A stretch of DNA of 63,776 bases, filler included, from Myxococcota bacterium (GTDB lineage: Bacteria; Myxococcota; Myxococcia; Myxococcales; Myxococcaceae): assembly GCA_049322255.1 (NCBI GenBank). It is 5 parts of 5 records of this genome, joined end to end, with 100 filler letters (N's around TTAATTAATTAA, not from the genome) between each part and the next. Parts side by side here need not be neighbours in the genome. Positions count along the whole stretch, not along the records: positions 62,059 to 63,776 come from JBMORE010000101.1; 4 more parts are not named here. One strand, written 5' to 3'. The notes beneath the pieces were generated by a model. It saw only the letters and a program-made list of their open reading frames with translations, was not told where the DNA came from and did not search any database. This document shows positions 62,183-63,776 of the stretch, in pieces. Position 1 is the stretch's first letter; every line of letters starts with the position of its first letter. The position numbers and the translations under genes are program-made.

Positions 62183-63707
62183 GGCTGCCCAATTTCGTTC
62201 ACGCTCCTTGCTCACCTCTCTGTCGCGCTTCGCTCCTTTGCTGGTGGGGTTGGCGGTCTTCGCCGCGGAGGCGGCCCGCCCTTACCGTCGAGGAGCCGTC
62301 GCTGCCGCTCACCCGGTGGGCAGCCAAGCGGGCTTGGTGATGCTGGCCAAGGGTGGCAACGCCATCGACGCGGCGGTGGCGGCGGCGTTCGCCATGGGGG
62401 TGGTGGGCCCCTACCACTCCGGCCTGGGCGGAGGCGGGTTCGCGCTGGTGTACGAGGCGAAGAAGGGCGAGGCGGCGGTTCTCGACTTCCGCGAGGTGGC
62501 ACCGAAAGCGGCCCGCCGCGACATGTTCGTACGCGATGGCAAAGTGGTGCCGGGGATGTCGACCGACGGCGGGCTTTCGGTGGCGGTGCCCGGCGCGGTC
62601 AAGGGCTACCTCGAGCTCTTGGCCAAGTACGGCAAGCTTCCGCCCAAAGTGGTGCTGGCACCGGCGATTCGCGCCGCGCGCACAGGCTTCTTCGTGACGC
62701 CCAAGTATCGCGCGATGGCGGAGAGCCGGCTGGAGTGTCTGCGGCAAGACCCTGAGGCGACGCGCCTCTTTTTGCGTGACGCTTCGCCGCCGTCGATTGG
62801 CTCCAAAATCGTCCAGCCAGAGCTGGCGAGGACGCTCGAAACCCTCGCCCGGGGTGGCCCGCAGGCTTTCTACCAAGGCAAGGTGGCGCGGGCGATTGCC
62901 GAGACGGTGCGGGCGCACGGAGGAGTGCTCACCGCCGAGGACCTCTCCGCCTACCGCACCACTTGGAGAAAGCCGCTCGCGGGGAGCTACCGCGGGCACC
63001 AGGTGCTGACCATGCCTCCCCCCTCGGCGGGCGGGCTGGCGGTGGTGCAGGTGTTGGGAGCGCTGGAGCTGTTAGGCAGTGAAGGGCCGGTGTCGCGAAA
63101 GCCCGAGGTGTTGCATCGCTACATCGAGGCGGTGCGCCGCGCCTACCTCGACCGCGCGCGCTACCTGGGAGACCCGGCCTTCGTCGACGTGCCCACCGAG
63201 CGGCTCTCTTCGCCTGCGCACATCGAAGAGCTGGCTCGGAGCATCGACCCGAAACACGCAACGCCTTCGAGCACGCTCTCGCCGCTTCCCGAGCACACCG
63301 ACGGCGGCGAAGCGAAAAAGAATACCACCCACATCTCGGTCATCGACGCCGAGGGCAACGCGGTCTCCCTCACCACCACGGTGAACTACATGTTCGGCTC
63401 CTGTCTGGTAGCCAAGGGCACCGGGGTGCTGCTCAACGACGAGATGGACGACTTCGCCGCCCAGCCGCTCGTCCCCAATGCGTACGGCCTGGTGACCGGG
63501 GAGGCGAATGCCATCGCTCCAGGGAAAATTCCGCTCTCCTCCATGGCTCCCACCCTGGTGTTCGCCAAAGAAAAACCAAATCAGGTGCTGCTCGCGATCG
63601 GCTCTCCCGGAGGCTCGACCATCCCCACCACCGTGATTCAAGTCATCTCCAACCTGACCGTAGATCAGTTTGGGATTGGCAGCGGGCGAGAGAGCCAGTC
63701 GAAGTAA
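62181..63707 (+). pseudogene. ggt: Gamma-glutamyltransferase, C-terminally truncated near 63655
   Basis: GGNAIDAAVA, SGLGGGGF, DFRE, VAVPG, TTHISVID, NDEMDDF, PLSSMAP, GSPGG; homology ends at VISNL, followed by an unrelated tail. Confidence 0.85.
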
Positions 63708-63776
63708 CGGTACTTCGGCTTGTGGAGCAGCCGGACGAGCTGTTTGGCCGCGAGATAGGTGCCGTGGGTCGCGCAC
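63653..63776 (-). mobile_element. Probable IS end / foreign ORF 3' end inserted into ggt
   Basis: Minus-strand frame ...LVRLLHKPKYRYFDWLSRPLPIPN* stops at 63665, 12 nt before the junction TCTACGGTCAGG. Confidence 0.5.

Noticed and set aside
63772..63776. GTGCG on the minus strand at the window end as a group II intron 5' end
   Set aside because: Five bases at an arbitrary edge; the sequence reads better as the end of a coding frame and no domain I structure is evident.

Overview
GC-rich bacterial draft-genome sequence, with gene content and proteins that look like Myxococcota (inference). It consists of five contigs joined by artificial 100-bp linkers (N-run/TTAATTAATTAA/N-run), so gene adjacency across linkers means nothing. 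Core genes: polysaccharide and cell-surface glycosylation genes (epimerase, GT4, wzc, GT2-methyltransferase fusions, GT-C-like membrane proteins), a Rieske/cytochrome b-c/cytochrome c operon, mfd, hutF-argE, ligD, a ~1240-aa GltD/PyrK (Nfn-like) fusion flavoprotein, rpsB-tsf-pyrH-frr, secA, recN, mlaEFD, class II nrdJ and ggt. Accessory layer: (1) seven stand-alone toxin-antitoxin loci in different states of decay, one flanked by a 24-bp duplication of the host gene's 3' end; (2) a ~35-bp hairpin/G-tract repeat in six copies, two of them translated in-frame inside proteins; (3) the 3' end of a group II intron whose terminal AT forms the ATG of ggt; (4) a probable IS end that truncates the same ggt; (5) a half tRNA-Phe; (6) two strongly structured intergenic regions. 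All calls come from reading motifs by eye; no database searches were run.
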